The notes under the pieces: model-generated
The model's database searches: none
Seen by the model: the letters and a program-made list of their open reading frames with translations, nothing else
Told to the model about the DNA's origin: nothing
Shown: piece by piece, positions 1 through 12,060 of the stretch
Layout of the letters: every line of letters starts with the position of its first letter
Position numbering within the stretch: the first letter of the stretch is position 1
Assembly (NCBI RefSeq): GCF_009914755.1
Contig: NC_060946.1
DNA from: the human T2T-CHM13v2.0 reference genome, Homo sapiens
DNA length: 64,000 nucleotides
Direction: 5' to 3' (one strand)
Position numbers and translations under genes: made by a program

Positions 1-203
1 TCTTATTGTGAGTCCTAGGTCAGCTGTCAGAAGCCTGGGTTATTAATCTGGCATTACCTTTAAGACACTATAAAATGGTGGGTCAGTCTCTTTTCCTCTC
101 CAGACCTCAGTTTCCTCATCTAAAAGATAAAGGTCCTTCCAGTTCAGGCATTTTATGAAGTGGAAGAGAATTTGGCACTGACTTTTTTAAAGAGGTCTAT
201 ACA

Positions 204-700
204 CACAGTGAGACTACTACATACCCACAAGAATGAATAACATGAAAAATACTGACAACATCGAATGTTGACAAGGATGTGGAGTAACTGGAACTCTCAT
301 ACATTGTTGGCAGGAATGTAAAATGGTACCAGAATTTTGGAGAAACATCTTATGTGGTTTCTTACAGCACTCAACATAGTCCTACCTTCTGACCCAGCAA
401 TTCAATGCTTAAGTATTTACCAAGAGACATAAAAATAAATGTTCACAAAAAGATTTGTATCACAATGTTCTTGAAGCTTTATTTATAGTGGCCTCAAACT
501 GGAGATAACCCAATGACCATAAACAAGAGAATAAATAAGTCAATTGTGGTATATTCATACATTGGAATCCTACACAACAGTAAAAAGGACAAAGTACTGC
601 TACATGCAACAACAAAAACCAGTCTCCAAAACCTTATGTTGAATGAAAGAAGCCAGACACAAAAGAGTACAAATTGTATGATTCTACTTACACGAAGTTC
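204..700 (+). mobile_element. Ancient L1 (L1MD/L1ME-type) ORF2-end/3' fragment
   Basis: Diverged L1 motifs: GGATGTGGAGTAACTGGAACTCTCATACATTG, GACCCAGCAATT, GAATGAAAGAAGCCAGACACAAAAGAGTAC. Confidence 0.85.
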
Positions 701-711
701 CCTCTATACTT

Positions 712-850
712 TACTCATATACTTGCCACCACAGCCCTGTGATGGGTATTGTCCATCATACCCATTTGACAGATGACAAAACTGAGGTTTGGAGAGGGAA
801 GTGAGTCATCTAGGAGGTAGCAGAGTCAGGATTTGAACTTATGACTCTTG
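712..850 (-). mobile_element. MIR SINE fragment
   Basis: Reverse MIR core CCCATTTGACAGATGACAAAACTGAGG and B-box GGATTTGAAC. Confidence 0.8.
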
Positions 851-1149
851 AACCTTTTGAGATGCAGCTCTACCTGTAGTGTAGATCAAGGACTGAATGG
901 TGGCTAAAGCCCATTGGATCCATAAGTATGAAATTAATTCTGATATTGACACTAAAATCCAAGGTTTTTTTTTTAAGGTATATTCTGTGCTGCTTTCAGG
1001 AAAAAAAAAAAAAAAGAGAGAGAGAGAGGGAGAGAAGAAGTGATTAAGTCTGCCTTCCTCCTGCCCACCCTTCCCCTAACACTTACCCTTTCAAAGGTCC
1101 ATCGCTGGTCCCATAGGCATGGGTGTGGGGTTTATTGGCATCTACAGCA

Positions 1150-2110
1150 GCTGAGATGAAGCCATTGCAGGCCACATAGTGCTAAAAATATTTCAAAGTT
1201 CACAGGGGAAAGAAAGGGAGAGGAGGGAGCGGTGAGAAGCAACTTTTGCCAACTCTGAAAACAGTTCCGCCCACTAAGTCTTCACCGTGCAGAAGGGGCC
1301 AGATCAGATTAGGGCCACCAGTTGCCACATTATCCTGTCTTGAGTCCACTAACTCTCACTAAGCTCCGAAAATCCCATTTACGGTGTTTAGGACACCTCT
1401 GGAGGAGTTTGCTGTGTAAATATTATTCCACCATTAAATCCTACAACCAGGCCACCGTCAACAAGTGGATTCGCAATGGTTACGCCAAGGGGGGCTGCGC
1501 TGGGGACCTGTGAAGTGCGGCCAAGGGGCTCGGCCCAGAAGCCAGCATGAGTGGTAAAGCGCCTCATTCTCCGACTAAAGCCTCCTGCCACTTGGGCCTG
1601 CTTAATAAAACAGGGCCGCTGGGGCACTCGATTTGGGCTGGGAACCAAATACACCTCAGGAGCCACTTAGAGCTAGGGCCTGCCTTAGACAGCTGGCGTT
1701 CCTTCTTACCAACCTTAATCTCATGCAGGGCCCTTGTGGGCTGCAGCCCTCTTGGCTGAGACTGGGACTTACCTCCAGTATCTCCCACTTCGGCAGCAGA
1801 GCTGACGTGGGCATCGTTCTGGGGAGGTGACTTTTTCCCAGCCGGAGGCAATTTTGCTTTGGGTGCCCTTTCTGTTGTCTGCAAGCCCAGACCCTTTCTT
1901 TATTAATTTGTGTATTTGGAGGAGGGAAATGGCTGGATGACGAGCCATCGATTATTGTGGATGGATAACCGATCTGACTCAGCAGATGCTGCTGTTGCTG
2001 CTGCTGCGATGGCTGTCACTGTTTTTTGCTTTTTTCTTTCTTTTTTTTAAAATTAATTAATTTCCTTTTAAGCTGATTTGCAGATTGCACTTCTGGGATG
2101 TGGTGAGCAA
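1150..2110. promoter_or_regulatory. Repeat-free CpG-retaining island, candidate enhancer
   Basis: No recognisable repeat; many CpGs; ATCGAT at ~1947; short CTG run; palindrome AAATTAATTAATTT 2050-2063. Confidence 0.4.
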
Positions 2111-2504
2111 GGATGAAGGACTTAAATTTGAAAAGTGCCTAGCTCAGGTATGGTAGGAATTCATCATTCCAGAATTGTTCTTTGCACTCAACAACGGGCA
2201 AGACAAGCCTGGTGCTCTCACAGTGAGAAATCCAATGTTCTGAACCTAAAGGGGTATGACCCAGGTAGGTCCTGACACACAGCGGTGTCCAATAAATGGG
2301 GACTGAGGCATATGAAGCCCCAAGCACCACTGTGTCTGGCACATAGCAATTGCTCAATTAACATTCTTCTTTCGGGAGTTTGAGCCCCAGCTCAGTCATG
2401 TTTGCAGCTGCGTGATGTTGAGAAAATCCCTTTCCTTTTCTGAGCCTCCGTTTCCACATCTGTAAAATGGAGCTTATATCTGCAACGTGGAGCTGCTTAA
2501 AAGG

Positions 2505-3150
2505 TTCATTCATCCACACACGGGCTTGTTTAATATGTAGTTGTCGACTACCTACTATGTGTTGGTGCTGAGGGTTTTGTGATGAATAAAACCCAGTGTT
2601 TCCCTCAAGGAGCTGGTGGTCCACAGAGGAGTTAACAGGTAATTAGGATGTTCTGTTGTCAGTGCTGTGATGTGGAAACCCTGATGAAAGGCCCTTAATG
2701 TAGCCTGCCCACAGGACAGGGGGTGACCAGCAATTACCTCCCAGAGCAAGGTTTAGCAAACTACTGCCCCCAGGCTAAATCTGGCCCACTGCCTCTTTCA
2801 TACAGCTCACAAGCTAAGAATGGTTTTTACACTTTTAAATGGTTTTACACAATCAAAATCATGTTTCATGCCACTTGAAAAGTATACGATATTCAAATTT
2901 CAGTGTCCATAAATCACACTTCATTGAAACATAGCCATGCTCATTCATTGGTGTATTGTTTGTGCCTCTTTGCACTTTGACAACAGAGTTGAGTCGTGGC
3001 AACAGAGACCAGGTGCCCCCACGAAGTCTAAAATATTTACTGTCTGGCTCTGTACAGAATAAGTTTGCTGACCACTGTCCTAGAGGAAGTGATATGTGAG
3101 CCAAGCCAAAGGACAGGGAGAAATTGGTCAGACGGAGATGGATGAAAGGT
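2505..3150 (-). mobile_element. L2 LINE 3' fragment interrupted by MER58B
   Basis: TTCATTCA...TACCTACTATGTG...CCCTCAAGGAGCT; resumes after 3085 with GAAGTGATATGTGAGC. Confidence 0.65.
2747..3077 (+). mobile_element. MER58B hAT-Charlie non-autonomous DNA transposon, full length
   Basis: GCTAAGAATGGTTTTTACA, TTCAAATTTCAGTGTCCATAAAT, CTAAAATATTTACT; terminal inverted repeats; 8-bp TSD TCCCAGAG/TCCTAGAG. Confidence 0.9.
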
Positions 3151-3626
3151 GTGAGAAGAGAACCTGCTTTGCAGGTTGCAGAAAATTCGTGGCATCTTCA
3201 AAGATGATGCAATTCCTGTGCAACAAACTGCAAAGTACCATACCAACTTGAGTGAGTATTCAGAACAGTGGAGGACAGGCTCATCACCAATCTCCTTAGA
3301 GAAAGTACCAGGGGAAAAATCATGACACAACATCTCATTTATTCAGCACCTATTTGGTCCACTGTAGTTTTCCTAACACTCTCATATTCAGTCCTCCAAA
3401 TGGACCTGAGAAATGGGATCATTAACCCACTTCACAGATGAAGAATTGGGAGCTCAGAGAAGTAAAGACACCCAGCCAAGGTCACACAGCAAAACAGAGA
3501 ACAGAATACCCAGGCTGTCCCCTTTGCAAATTCATGTTCCAAACCCACACTCATAAACCAGTCATTTGTCAGCCCTTATCCTGTAACGTTAAAAAACTAC
3601 ATGTTGGTAAGAAACAAGGAAAATAA

Positions 3627-4043
<417 letters not shown>

Positions 4044-4059
4044 TGAAATCCAGCTACAC

Positions 4060-4400
4060 CGCTGGGAAGGAGAAAGAGAAAAATAAAAATAAGCCAGGCT
4101 TCCCAGAAAGAGCCAGCAGGAGAGAGCTCTCTGAGATGGGTGGAGAGACGCATCCCTGAACGCAGCAGAGTTGGCAGGCCCAGCTCCCGGCAGCTGTTGG
4201 CTGCGCACAGAATAAACACAAGCGGATGGATGGGTTCGGGCAGGGAAGCCACCTCGCCTGGCGGGCTCCAGGCAAAGCCGCGAGGCGCGGGGTGGCAGGC
4301 CTGCCAGCTGACGGGAAGTGACTCGGGCGCGGGGTTTGTGCTTTTGGCTGCTTGGCGCAGGTCTGCGCAGCATCGGGGCATTGGTGAGAGACATAGGAAG
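4060..4400. promoter_or_regulatory. Small CpG-rich element, candidate enhancer or CTCF site
   Basis: Dense CpG; CAGCTG E-boxes; AATAAACA; GGGAAGTG; TTCCCAGAA; CTCF-like GCGCGGGGTGGCAG 4285-4298. Confidence 0.5.
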
Positions 4401-4544
4401 CTATGGAAGTGGGAGGTCCTGGCAGCTCCTGTCTGTGTGTCCTGGGGTGAGACTGTTTACCCATCTGAACCTCAGTGACCTCATCCATATGTGGAGGTAG
4501 CAGTACCCTCCTTTGGGGACAGTTGTGCAGTGGACATTAAGAGG

Positions 4545-4930
4545 TGCTGCTCGGATCCCTCTTCGAGGAAAGTCTCATCGTCCCAGCATCTGGGAGTGCT
4601 CGCCTTAGCCACTGGCCCCTTAAGGGATGGCCCCAGCTCCAGAACTTCATCTGAGGTCATATCCTTGTGGGGATAGGAGGCCTTCATCCAATGACTGATC
4701 CATGTAAGTTATAAAGGCCTGGATGGCACTGAAGGGCTATTCTAGCTTCAGGGCTGCCCATGTTGTTGGCTGAGGCCATTGTTCAGCCTGCATCGTGACT
4801 CAACTTCTCCCTCCACCCACTTCCCCTCTTCCCTCCCTTCTGTGGGTGTCAATCCGAAGAGTCTTCCTAATAAATGACATGCATGGTAAACTCTGCCTCA
4901 CTATGCTTCTTGGGCACCCAACTTGGGACT
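4545..4930 (+). mobile_element. LTR16A-like ERVL solo LTR
   Basis: GTTGGCTGAGGCC...CAACTTCTCCCTC...CCTAATAAA...CCCAACTTGGGAC matches the recalled LTR16 3' half. Confidence 0.75.
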
Positions 4931-6199
4931 ATATGCTTGAGAAATTGTGTTTGGAAAGCACCTATGGCCCAGAGGGAGCTCAATATGTGCGAATAAGCAA
5001 AAGGGAGATGAGAACTGCAGAGGAACCTACTTCAACATGTCCACATCCCTCTTGATGTTAAAGATAATGAACAAAGTAAATCAGCAGAGCAGGAGTCCTT
5101 TTCTCACACATTGGGGCATTTGTTCTGCCATCAAACACTGAAGCCCAGATATGCACCAGACATGCACAAGCAGCTAAAGGCATTATTATTCCCACTTGAC
5201 AGAGGTGAAGACTGAGGCCAAGAGAAATGATTACAATCTGGCAGATTATGCTGCATGATCATTTATTCATTTATTCATAAAGTATTGAGTGCTGGGCTCT
5301 GGGGCAACTGGAGCCTGCTCAGAGCCCAGAAGAGAGACACTAGGTGAGCCCAGCAATGAAAATGACACAAAGTTTGAGAAAAGTACGATGCACACATGCA
5401 GGGGGTGATTAAGGGATAAAATGGGGGAACCTAAGGTGGCCAGGAGGGGTCACAGCAGGATTGAAATTGACATCTTCCAACTCTGCTTCCTCAGCTGCCC
5501 AACAAATTTCTGTTTGGAGAGGTAAACTGGAGAGGCTGGGTTCTCAGCCATCCCTAGCTTCTTCCCACTTCTGTGTTTAAGAGCCAACACGAAAACCCCA
5601 AATGTCCCCACCCTCTCTGCAACTGAGGAGCCAGAATCCCATAGCTGAGTTTCTTCTCCAGCCAATCCAAGACTTAGCAAACGCGGTTGTCTCCAAAGCA
5701 AGATGGCCAAGTTTGGAAGCAACTCCAAATCTTCCCTTTCCTCTGCATGTCTCCAGCGAGTGGACAGCTTCTCTTTCCAGTAATCCAAGCCAAAGTCATC
5801 TCTCTCCCTTTTCCTCCTTTTTCTCTCATAGGCTGAAGCATCTGTCCTCTGCAGAAGCTCTTTCCTCCTCTGAAGTCCCCCACCCAGGTCTTTTTCTTGG
5901 CAACATCAAGATGCTTTCTCAGCATGGGGAAAAAGAGTCTAGAAGGGTCATGGCTCAGTGGCAGCTATTGGATTCCTGGGAAAAGCCAGGCTCAGAGTGT
6001 GAAAGAGAGAGAGGAGACCATCAGAGCTATGTGGATGCAGTGGTGAGTGCAGCAGAAATGCCCCTTCAAAGCCACAGCCTTGGGAAGCTCTCCCAAAGAC
6101 AGCCTGGAACAGTCTCACTTGTACCAGCACAAGTCCCAGAAAGCCTGGCCCCTGCCCAGGTCTGCAGCCTCCAAGCCCACGGCTCCATGTAAGTGCCCC

Positions 6200-6530
6200 A
6201 GCCTGCACTGCTGCCAAGTTCCTCCCCGCTCTTCCTTCTGTCTGGAATGCTGGTCCTCCTGTTGGCTAGGACCAATAGATTCTTCCAACTGTAGCTCAAG
6301 TAGCACCTCCTCTGAGAAGCATTCCTGGCCAGCCCTAGCGCTTTCGTACCTCTCCTATAGACCTCTTCATGTAAGAGCACTTGTCACACTGAATTGTCAT
6401 TGTGGGTTGACTCATCTTCTTCCCTCACCAGTCTTTGAGCCATTTGAAAGCAGGGAACACTGGAGTTTACTCATGCTGTGACCACCAGAAGTTAGTTCAG
6501 AGCCTGCACATAGTAGGTGCTTTGATGTTG
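6200..6530 (+). mobile_element. L2 LINE 3' fragment
   Basis: TTCCTTCTGTCTGGAATGCT...CACCTCCTCTGAGAAGC...GCACATAGTAGGTGCT. Confidence 0.75.
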
Positions 6531-6544
6531 TTGCCCGACTTCAC

Positions 6545-6910
6545 CAGGGCTCCCCTTCTCTCTTTTTATCTTGGCTTCATCCTTCAAATAGGCCTCAAAT
6601 TGTACCTGGGATGGCCATCCACCTTCCTGAACTGGTACATCCCTTGCTTAGTAACCCACCAAGAGAAAAAAAATCTCAGGGAAGATTCTCATTGGTCCAG
6701 AATGGGTCATGTGCTTCTCCCTGAAACAATCACATGACCTGGGGAAAAGATGGCTTTGATTGGCCAGGTCTGGGTCACATGTGGCTCCTGTGGCTGGCAG
6801 TGAGATCAGCTACATCAGGAAGCAGTAAAGGAAGCAAAAGGAAGCAGTGGTTGTATTTCTGGAAAATGAGGAGGAGTGTGAGACAGGGAGAGACAACATA
6901 TTTCCACCAT
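6545..6910 (-). mobile_element. MLT1K/L-like MaLR LTR
   Basis: TCTCATTGGTCCAGAATGGGTCATGTGC...TGATTGGCCAGGTCTGGGTCACATG. Confidence 0.7.
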
Positions 6911-7131
6911 GAACCATGTAGATCAATCTTGGGGGGAAAAGATGTGTGTTTGCTTTACCAAACTGATTATTTTGTGGAGTAACTGGTGATTTTCTCCAAA
7001 AGGAGAGATTCTGAAATTCCTCTGATAAGAGCCTATATTGGGTTGTGAATGCACCTAGTGAGCAGTTGACAAATATTTAAGAATGAGGCTGGAGTGTGAA
7101 AGGCCTTGAATGATTCAAGATGTTTGATCCT

Positions 7132-7312
7132 GTAGCTGAGCAAACTACAGCCCTGGAACTGGCCATCTGTTTTATAAATAAATCTTTATTGTAAAACAGC
7201 CACACACATATTGTCTATGGCTACTTTCACTACATCTGCAGAGTTGAGTGGTTGTGAAAGTGACCGTATAGCCTCAAGCCAGAAATACTTAATGTCTGAC
7301 AATTTACAGAAG
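7132..7312 (+). mobile_element. MER58A hAT MITE
   Basis: GCAAACTACAGCCC...AAATAAATCTTTATTG...TATTGTCTATGGCT...GCAGAGTTGAGT. Confidence 0.8.
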
Positions 7313-7381
7313 GTATAGGGACAATGGGCCATGTGGTTCATTGGGTGGATCTGTAAGTGGTCGCTGGCCCACTGGTCTTTC

Positions 7382-7700
7382 TCTCAGGTGGGGCTCCCTA
7401 GAAACAGACCCTGAGACAAGGAAACCAGTGGGAGTTTATTTGGAAGGTGATCTCAGGAAGCACCATTAGGAAAGGGGCAGGGAGTCAGAGAGGAAAAGGA
7501 AGACAAACTTTAATAGGGGCATTAGGAGTATGTTATCATTGTCAACCAGAGCTTAGTTCCACTGGGAACTCTGGGAGTGGCATAGATTAAGTACTTCTGT
7601 GGGGAAAAGGAGCTGGGGTATTTATACACCAACTCCCACCTGGGACTGGTTGAGGACTGTTCCTAGGGCAGTGTAAATTACTTGGCACTTGCATCCTTGC
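7382..7700 (-). mobile_element. LTR33-like ERVL LTR
   Basis: CCCTAGAAACAGACCCTGAGACAAGGA...TTTATTTGGAAGGTGATCTCAGGAAGCACC...GGAGCTGGGGTATTTATAC. Confidence 0.75.
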
Positions 7701-8576
7701 CCATGCATGGGTAGAGCAGGCTCACAGCCAGAGGAAACCAATGAGCCACAGGTGCTGGCAAGCATGCCCTCTTCCCCAAACCCAGGGCAAAGAATCTGGC
7801 CCTAGATAATTCCTTGAGGCTGATTTTCTTCAGCTTCTGATGGAGCTGTCTTTGTGAACAGTCTTGAGGAATTCCCAGGGGAGGGCTAGTGGTGGCAGAA
7901 AAGGGGAGTGGTTTACACTCCTGGATTGTACAGGTGTTTATAGAATGTCTATGATACGTCCATGAGTTTCCTGGCACATCTGTGGGAGGCAGAGCCCCTC
8001 TTCTGCTAAGTACTGGCAGTGAGATCTGGAGTGAGTTTCTACACATTTCTAAGCCTAAATTTCCTTTTCTGTAAAGTGAGGCAACAAAGCTTCCCTGGCA
8101 GAGTGATTTGAGGATTAACAAGACACTTAGAATGGCTCCATCATAAATTGAGCCTCAATTATTATTATTTCCCATGTCCCTGGATTCTCCTCTGCCCCTC
8201 AACCTTTCTTTTGCATGCCCAGGGACTCTGTACCCCTGGGAATGGAACTCCACTAGGTGGGTTTGGAAACAGTGGGGCTGGAGCCACAAAGCCAACACTC
8301 CCAGTGGGACTTGGGGAAGCTGCTTCACCCCTCTGGCCTCAGTTTCCTCATCTGCTGATTTGGGATTGGAGTATCTCGTCTTTTCTGCCCACAGAGTTGG
8401 TGGGTGTGAGAATTGAATGATGTGTATTCAAAGTGAGTTGTCAACTGTAGAGCAATGGGATATTTGTTTATTGTTTGCATAAACGTTTTTTGTTTGTTTT
8501 GTTGGTTTTTTTGTTGTTGTTGGTGGTGGTGATTTTTCTGTCACTGTATGTGTGTCTGTGTCTGTGTGTGTGTGTG

Positions 8577-8848
8577 TTCTGTCACCCAGACTGGAGTGCA
8601 GCAGCATGATCATAGCTCATGCAGCCTCAACCTCCTGGGCTCAAGCAATCCTCCTACCTCAGCCTCCTGAGTAGCTGGGATTACAGGTAAGCACCTCCAT
8701 GACCAGCTAAGGTTTTTAATTTTGTTTTTGTAGAAATGGGGTCTTGTTATGTTGCCCAGGCTGCTCTCAAACTCTTGCCTTCAAACAATCCTCCTGCTTT
8801 GGCTTCCCAAACTGCTGGGATGACAGGCATGAGGAATTATGCACGGCC
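8577..8848 (-). mobile_element. AluJ with degenerate TTG/TG tail (8486-8576)
   Basis: GCAGCCTCAACCTCCTGGGCTCAAGCAATCCTCC; dimer structure. Confidence 0.9.
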
Positions 8849-9400
8849 TGTTTGGTTTTTCTTATACACGTGTTTCCAAACACATGTATAAAACGTGAGC
8901 TCCTCATATCCCAAGTAAGCAGCACCTGCGGCATAGTAGATCCTCAATAAGTGTTTATTTAATAAGTCACTATGCCTGGCATATAGCAGGGCCTTAATAC
9001 AAGCTCAACAAAAGAGTCAATGAATGAATGAGCAAATGAAATGCATCAGTGAATCAATGAGCGCGTGTAGAGAAAGTAGCCCAAGATCTAGGGTTCCTAA
9101 ATGGTAGCTTTTGCTCTGCTTTTTTCCAGCTGTTGGACCTTAAGCAAATCACTTTCCTGATCCAAGCCTCAGTTTCCCTATCTGTAAAATGGAAGCGTAC
9201 CAGGAGTCCTTCCAGCCTGAAAATTGAGGACTTTTCTGCTTCATCCAGACAGCCCAGGGTGACTTTGATGCCACTGGTTTGTCTCCTGGGCCCTCCGGGA
9301 CCCAGTTGAATGCTTCTTTTTCCTTCAATGTTGTTTGCAATGTGTTTTCTGGGCCACTTCTTATCTAGCATTTTTGCTTTCCTCCACGTGTTAGAATTAA

Positions 9401-9600
9401 CCAGTGGAGTAGAATTCCTTCAAATCTGCTTATGTGTCAGCATCAACATGGTTGATGGTCAAATGCAGAGTCCTGGGCCCTACATCAATAAAAGGTCTTA
9501 CTAGGTCTTACGTCAGAATCTCAGGGAAGGAGGGTCCAGGCACCTGCATTTCGGAAGCTCCTCTCGGGATGCCGAGGCTGCTAACATTGGGAACCCCGGC
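9401..9600. mobile_element. MER5-family hAT MITE
   Basis: AAATGCAGAGTCCTGGGCCC...TCAGAATCTC...CTGCATTT. Confidence 0.6.
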
Positions 9601-9719
9601 AACTGTGATGCAGTGCACAGGCTCTGGGCTCAGGTTGGCACATCTCACTTGCTGAGAGGATTTGGGGAATTATCTACTCTCTCGGATCCGTGCTTCTCTC
9701 CATTGTAAAAGCCCTCGTG

Positions 9720-10029
<310 letters not shown>

Positions 10030-10099
10030 TCAGATGAGGCTTAAACGAGACACAAATTCAGGCTATCATGACCAGTCCTGTGGCAGGCTTGAACCCTGC

Positions 10100-10830
10100 C
10101 CCCCAGCTCAGGAGTCTGCAAGAAATCACAGCTGTTTATTTTCTGTAAATCAATGTAATTTCTTTCTCCAGCCCCCATTCCGTTGGGCTAGAGGAAAACA
10201 TAATATAAGGCAGATATTGAGAAAGCTCAGTCCCCACCTGTACCCCCAGGGTGGTGCCATAGCCAGGGTCTTAGTTTTAAAATATCAGAAAGCCAGGGAT
10301 CTTTGTCAATTCTCTGCATGGCTTGTACCCACCCCCGAATGGTGACGGTAGAGCTGGCAACCTGCTTGAATGAGATGGGGAGAGAAAAAAAGATGCAACC
10401 CGGCAGAAAACAGAAACGCGCACATACCGACCAACAATTTCCATTCAAAATATCATCCAAACCCAGTCCCTCTACTCTCCCATCTCACATTGTTGAATTC
10501 GACCTTTCCTTATTGGGTGGGTACCATTAAAGGATCATTTTTAAATAAAGGCAAAATCACGACTCTCGTGCAATTACAGAATGAACACCCATCAGAGATT
10601 TTATTTAAAGCATTAATTAATGACAGAACAAGGAAAATGGCACAACTGGTTCAAAGGAGAATTTAAGCACCACACATAGACATGCAGGCAAACACAAATG
10701 CTGGCATTCATTTACAAGTAGATACGAAATCGGTCAATAACTTGAGGATAATAATCAATTGCATTCCACTGGACACAATTCATTTGCATTTCTATGGCAC
10801 CAAGCATTTGTATTACTATTGGTTTTTTTC
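10100..10830. promoter_or_regulatory. Repeat-free island, candidate developmental enhancer
   Basis: CATTAATTAATGACAG 10611-10626, TTCAAAG 10650-10656, ATTTGCAT 10782-10789. Confidence 0.4.
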
Positions 10831-11411
10831 TTAAGCTTCGAGAGTTAGGAAATAGCTCAAAGATGATGAAAGGCATAGATATCCTGGAGAGTTATGCTAG
10901 ACAGAACATTCAGCAATCTTTATAGATTTTTTGGCCCATATCAACATCTTTTATAATTTTTTCTGACAGTACAGTGCAGCCACCACCATCCCAGAGAAGA
11001 AGTGAGGGGCTATGTTGTGTTTCCTGGACCTCTGTTTCTTAATCTGCAAAATGGGCATGATAAGAGCCTTTGACAATCCAGAGACATGAGGTCCTGCTGG
11101 GACAAGTACCGTGGGAAACGTGAAGTGCTAAGGGACAGTGTCCCAAACCTCAGTGTGGCCCTCCTTCCTGATTTAGTTCACATCCTTGTTCTACCTTGGA
11201 AGATTTATTTTTTTTCCTTTATACCAACTTTGATTTGATAATACCCTTGAAATCAGAGAATGAGGTGCTGATTCTGTATGTTTTTTTTTTCTAATACATA
11301 TGAATATAGACAAAAAGCCATTGAGATAAGAAAGGTAAGTTCATTCTTGTACCAACTAATCCAGTGCTCTGTGGGAAGTACAGGATTAGGAAGAAATTAA
11401 ATGATAGCCTA

Positions 11412-11414
<3 letters not shown>

Positions 11415-11452
<38 letters not shown>

Positions 11453-11488
11453 CACTAACCACCACCACCACCACCGCCGCCACCACCA
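11415..11488. repeat. (AC)n microsatellite followed by (CCA/CCG)n
   Basis: Direct reading. Confidence 0.95.
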
Positions 11489-11799
11489 ATGTATTCTGCA
11501 AATTCATATACAATTTGCAAACCTCCTCCTGAAATAAGAGAGAGAGGGCAATTGAAACTATCTAAGGCAGCACTTGGAACACGCAGGCCAAAGACTGAGC
11601 CAGGGAGGGATTGTTATCACATGGGCTGTGGGGAGGCAGAGCTCCCCTGTGTCCCCGAGAGCACCCCTCCCCGGGGCCCCACCAGCCCCCAACTCGCCTC
11701 TCGAATTCCCACCTCTCCCCTTGCTCTGCGCCTTTGGAAACCCAGACAGCGGCCCCACTCCCGTGATTCATCCAGCAGGAATGTGGGAGTTCTCGAATT

Positions 11800-12060
11800 G
11801 CTCCAGCTAAAGCCTTTTAATTCCCCTTCGGTGATGAATGGGTGAGGCCCTCAAATGAAATGTGGAGGCTCCCAGTCCCAGCCCGCGGCCCTCCCCCTCC
11901 TCGGCGTAATTATTTCTGTGCAGAACATGTCAAGTGCCCTGCTTCCCGGGAACTTGTTTCGCATGCAAACATTTGGTGATTAAGCGAGGCTTACTTAATT
12001 AAGCACTTTGTAATGACTCTTAAACCAAAGAACAGTGGATTAGGAGTCCAGTTCGTGCTG
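11800..12060. promoter_or_regulatory. Motif-dense island, candidate enhancer
   Basis: TAATTA 11907, TCAAGTG 11930, TTCCCGGGAA 11943-11952, CTTAATTAAG 11994-12003; retained CpGs. Confidence 0.45.

Noticed and set aside
1788-1798. CTTCGGCAGCA matching the U6 snRNA 5' region
   Set aside because: Only 11 nt and the flanks do not match U6; chance
1564-1884. Lys/Pro/Ala-rich minus-strand ORF resembling a ribosomal-protein or histone H1 retrocopy
   Set aside because: No alignment to RPL14, RPL29 or H1 as I recall them; no poly-A tail or TSD
5602-6192. 196-aa plus-strand ORF
   Set aside because: Ser/Leu/Pro-rich, no recognisable domain or exon structure; consistent with a chance ORF
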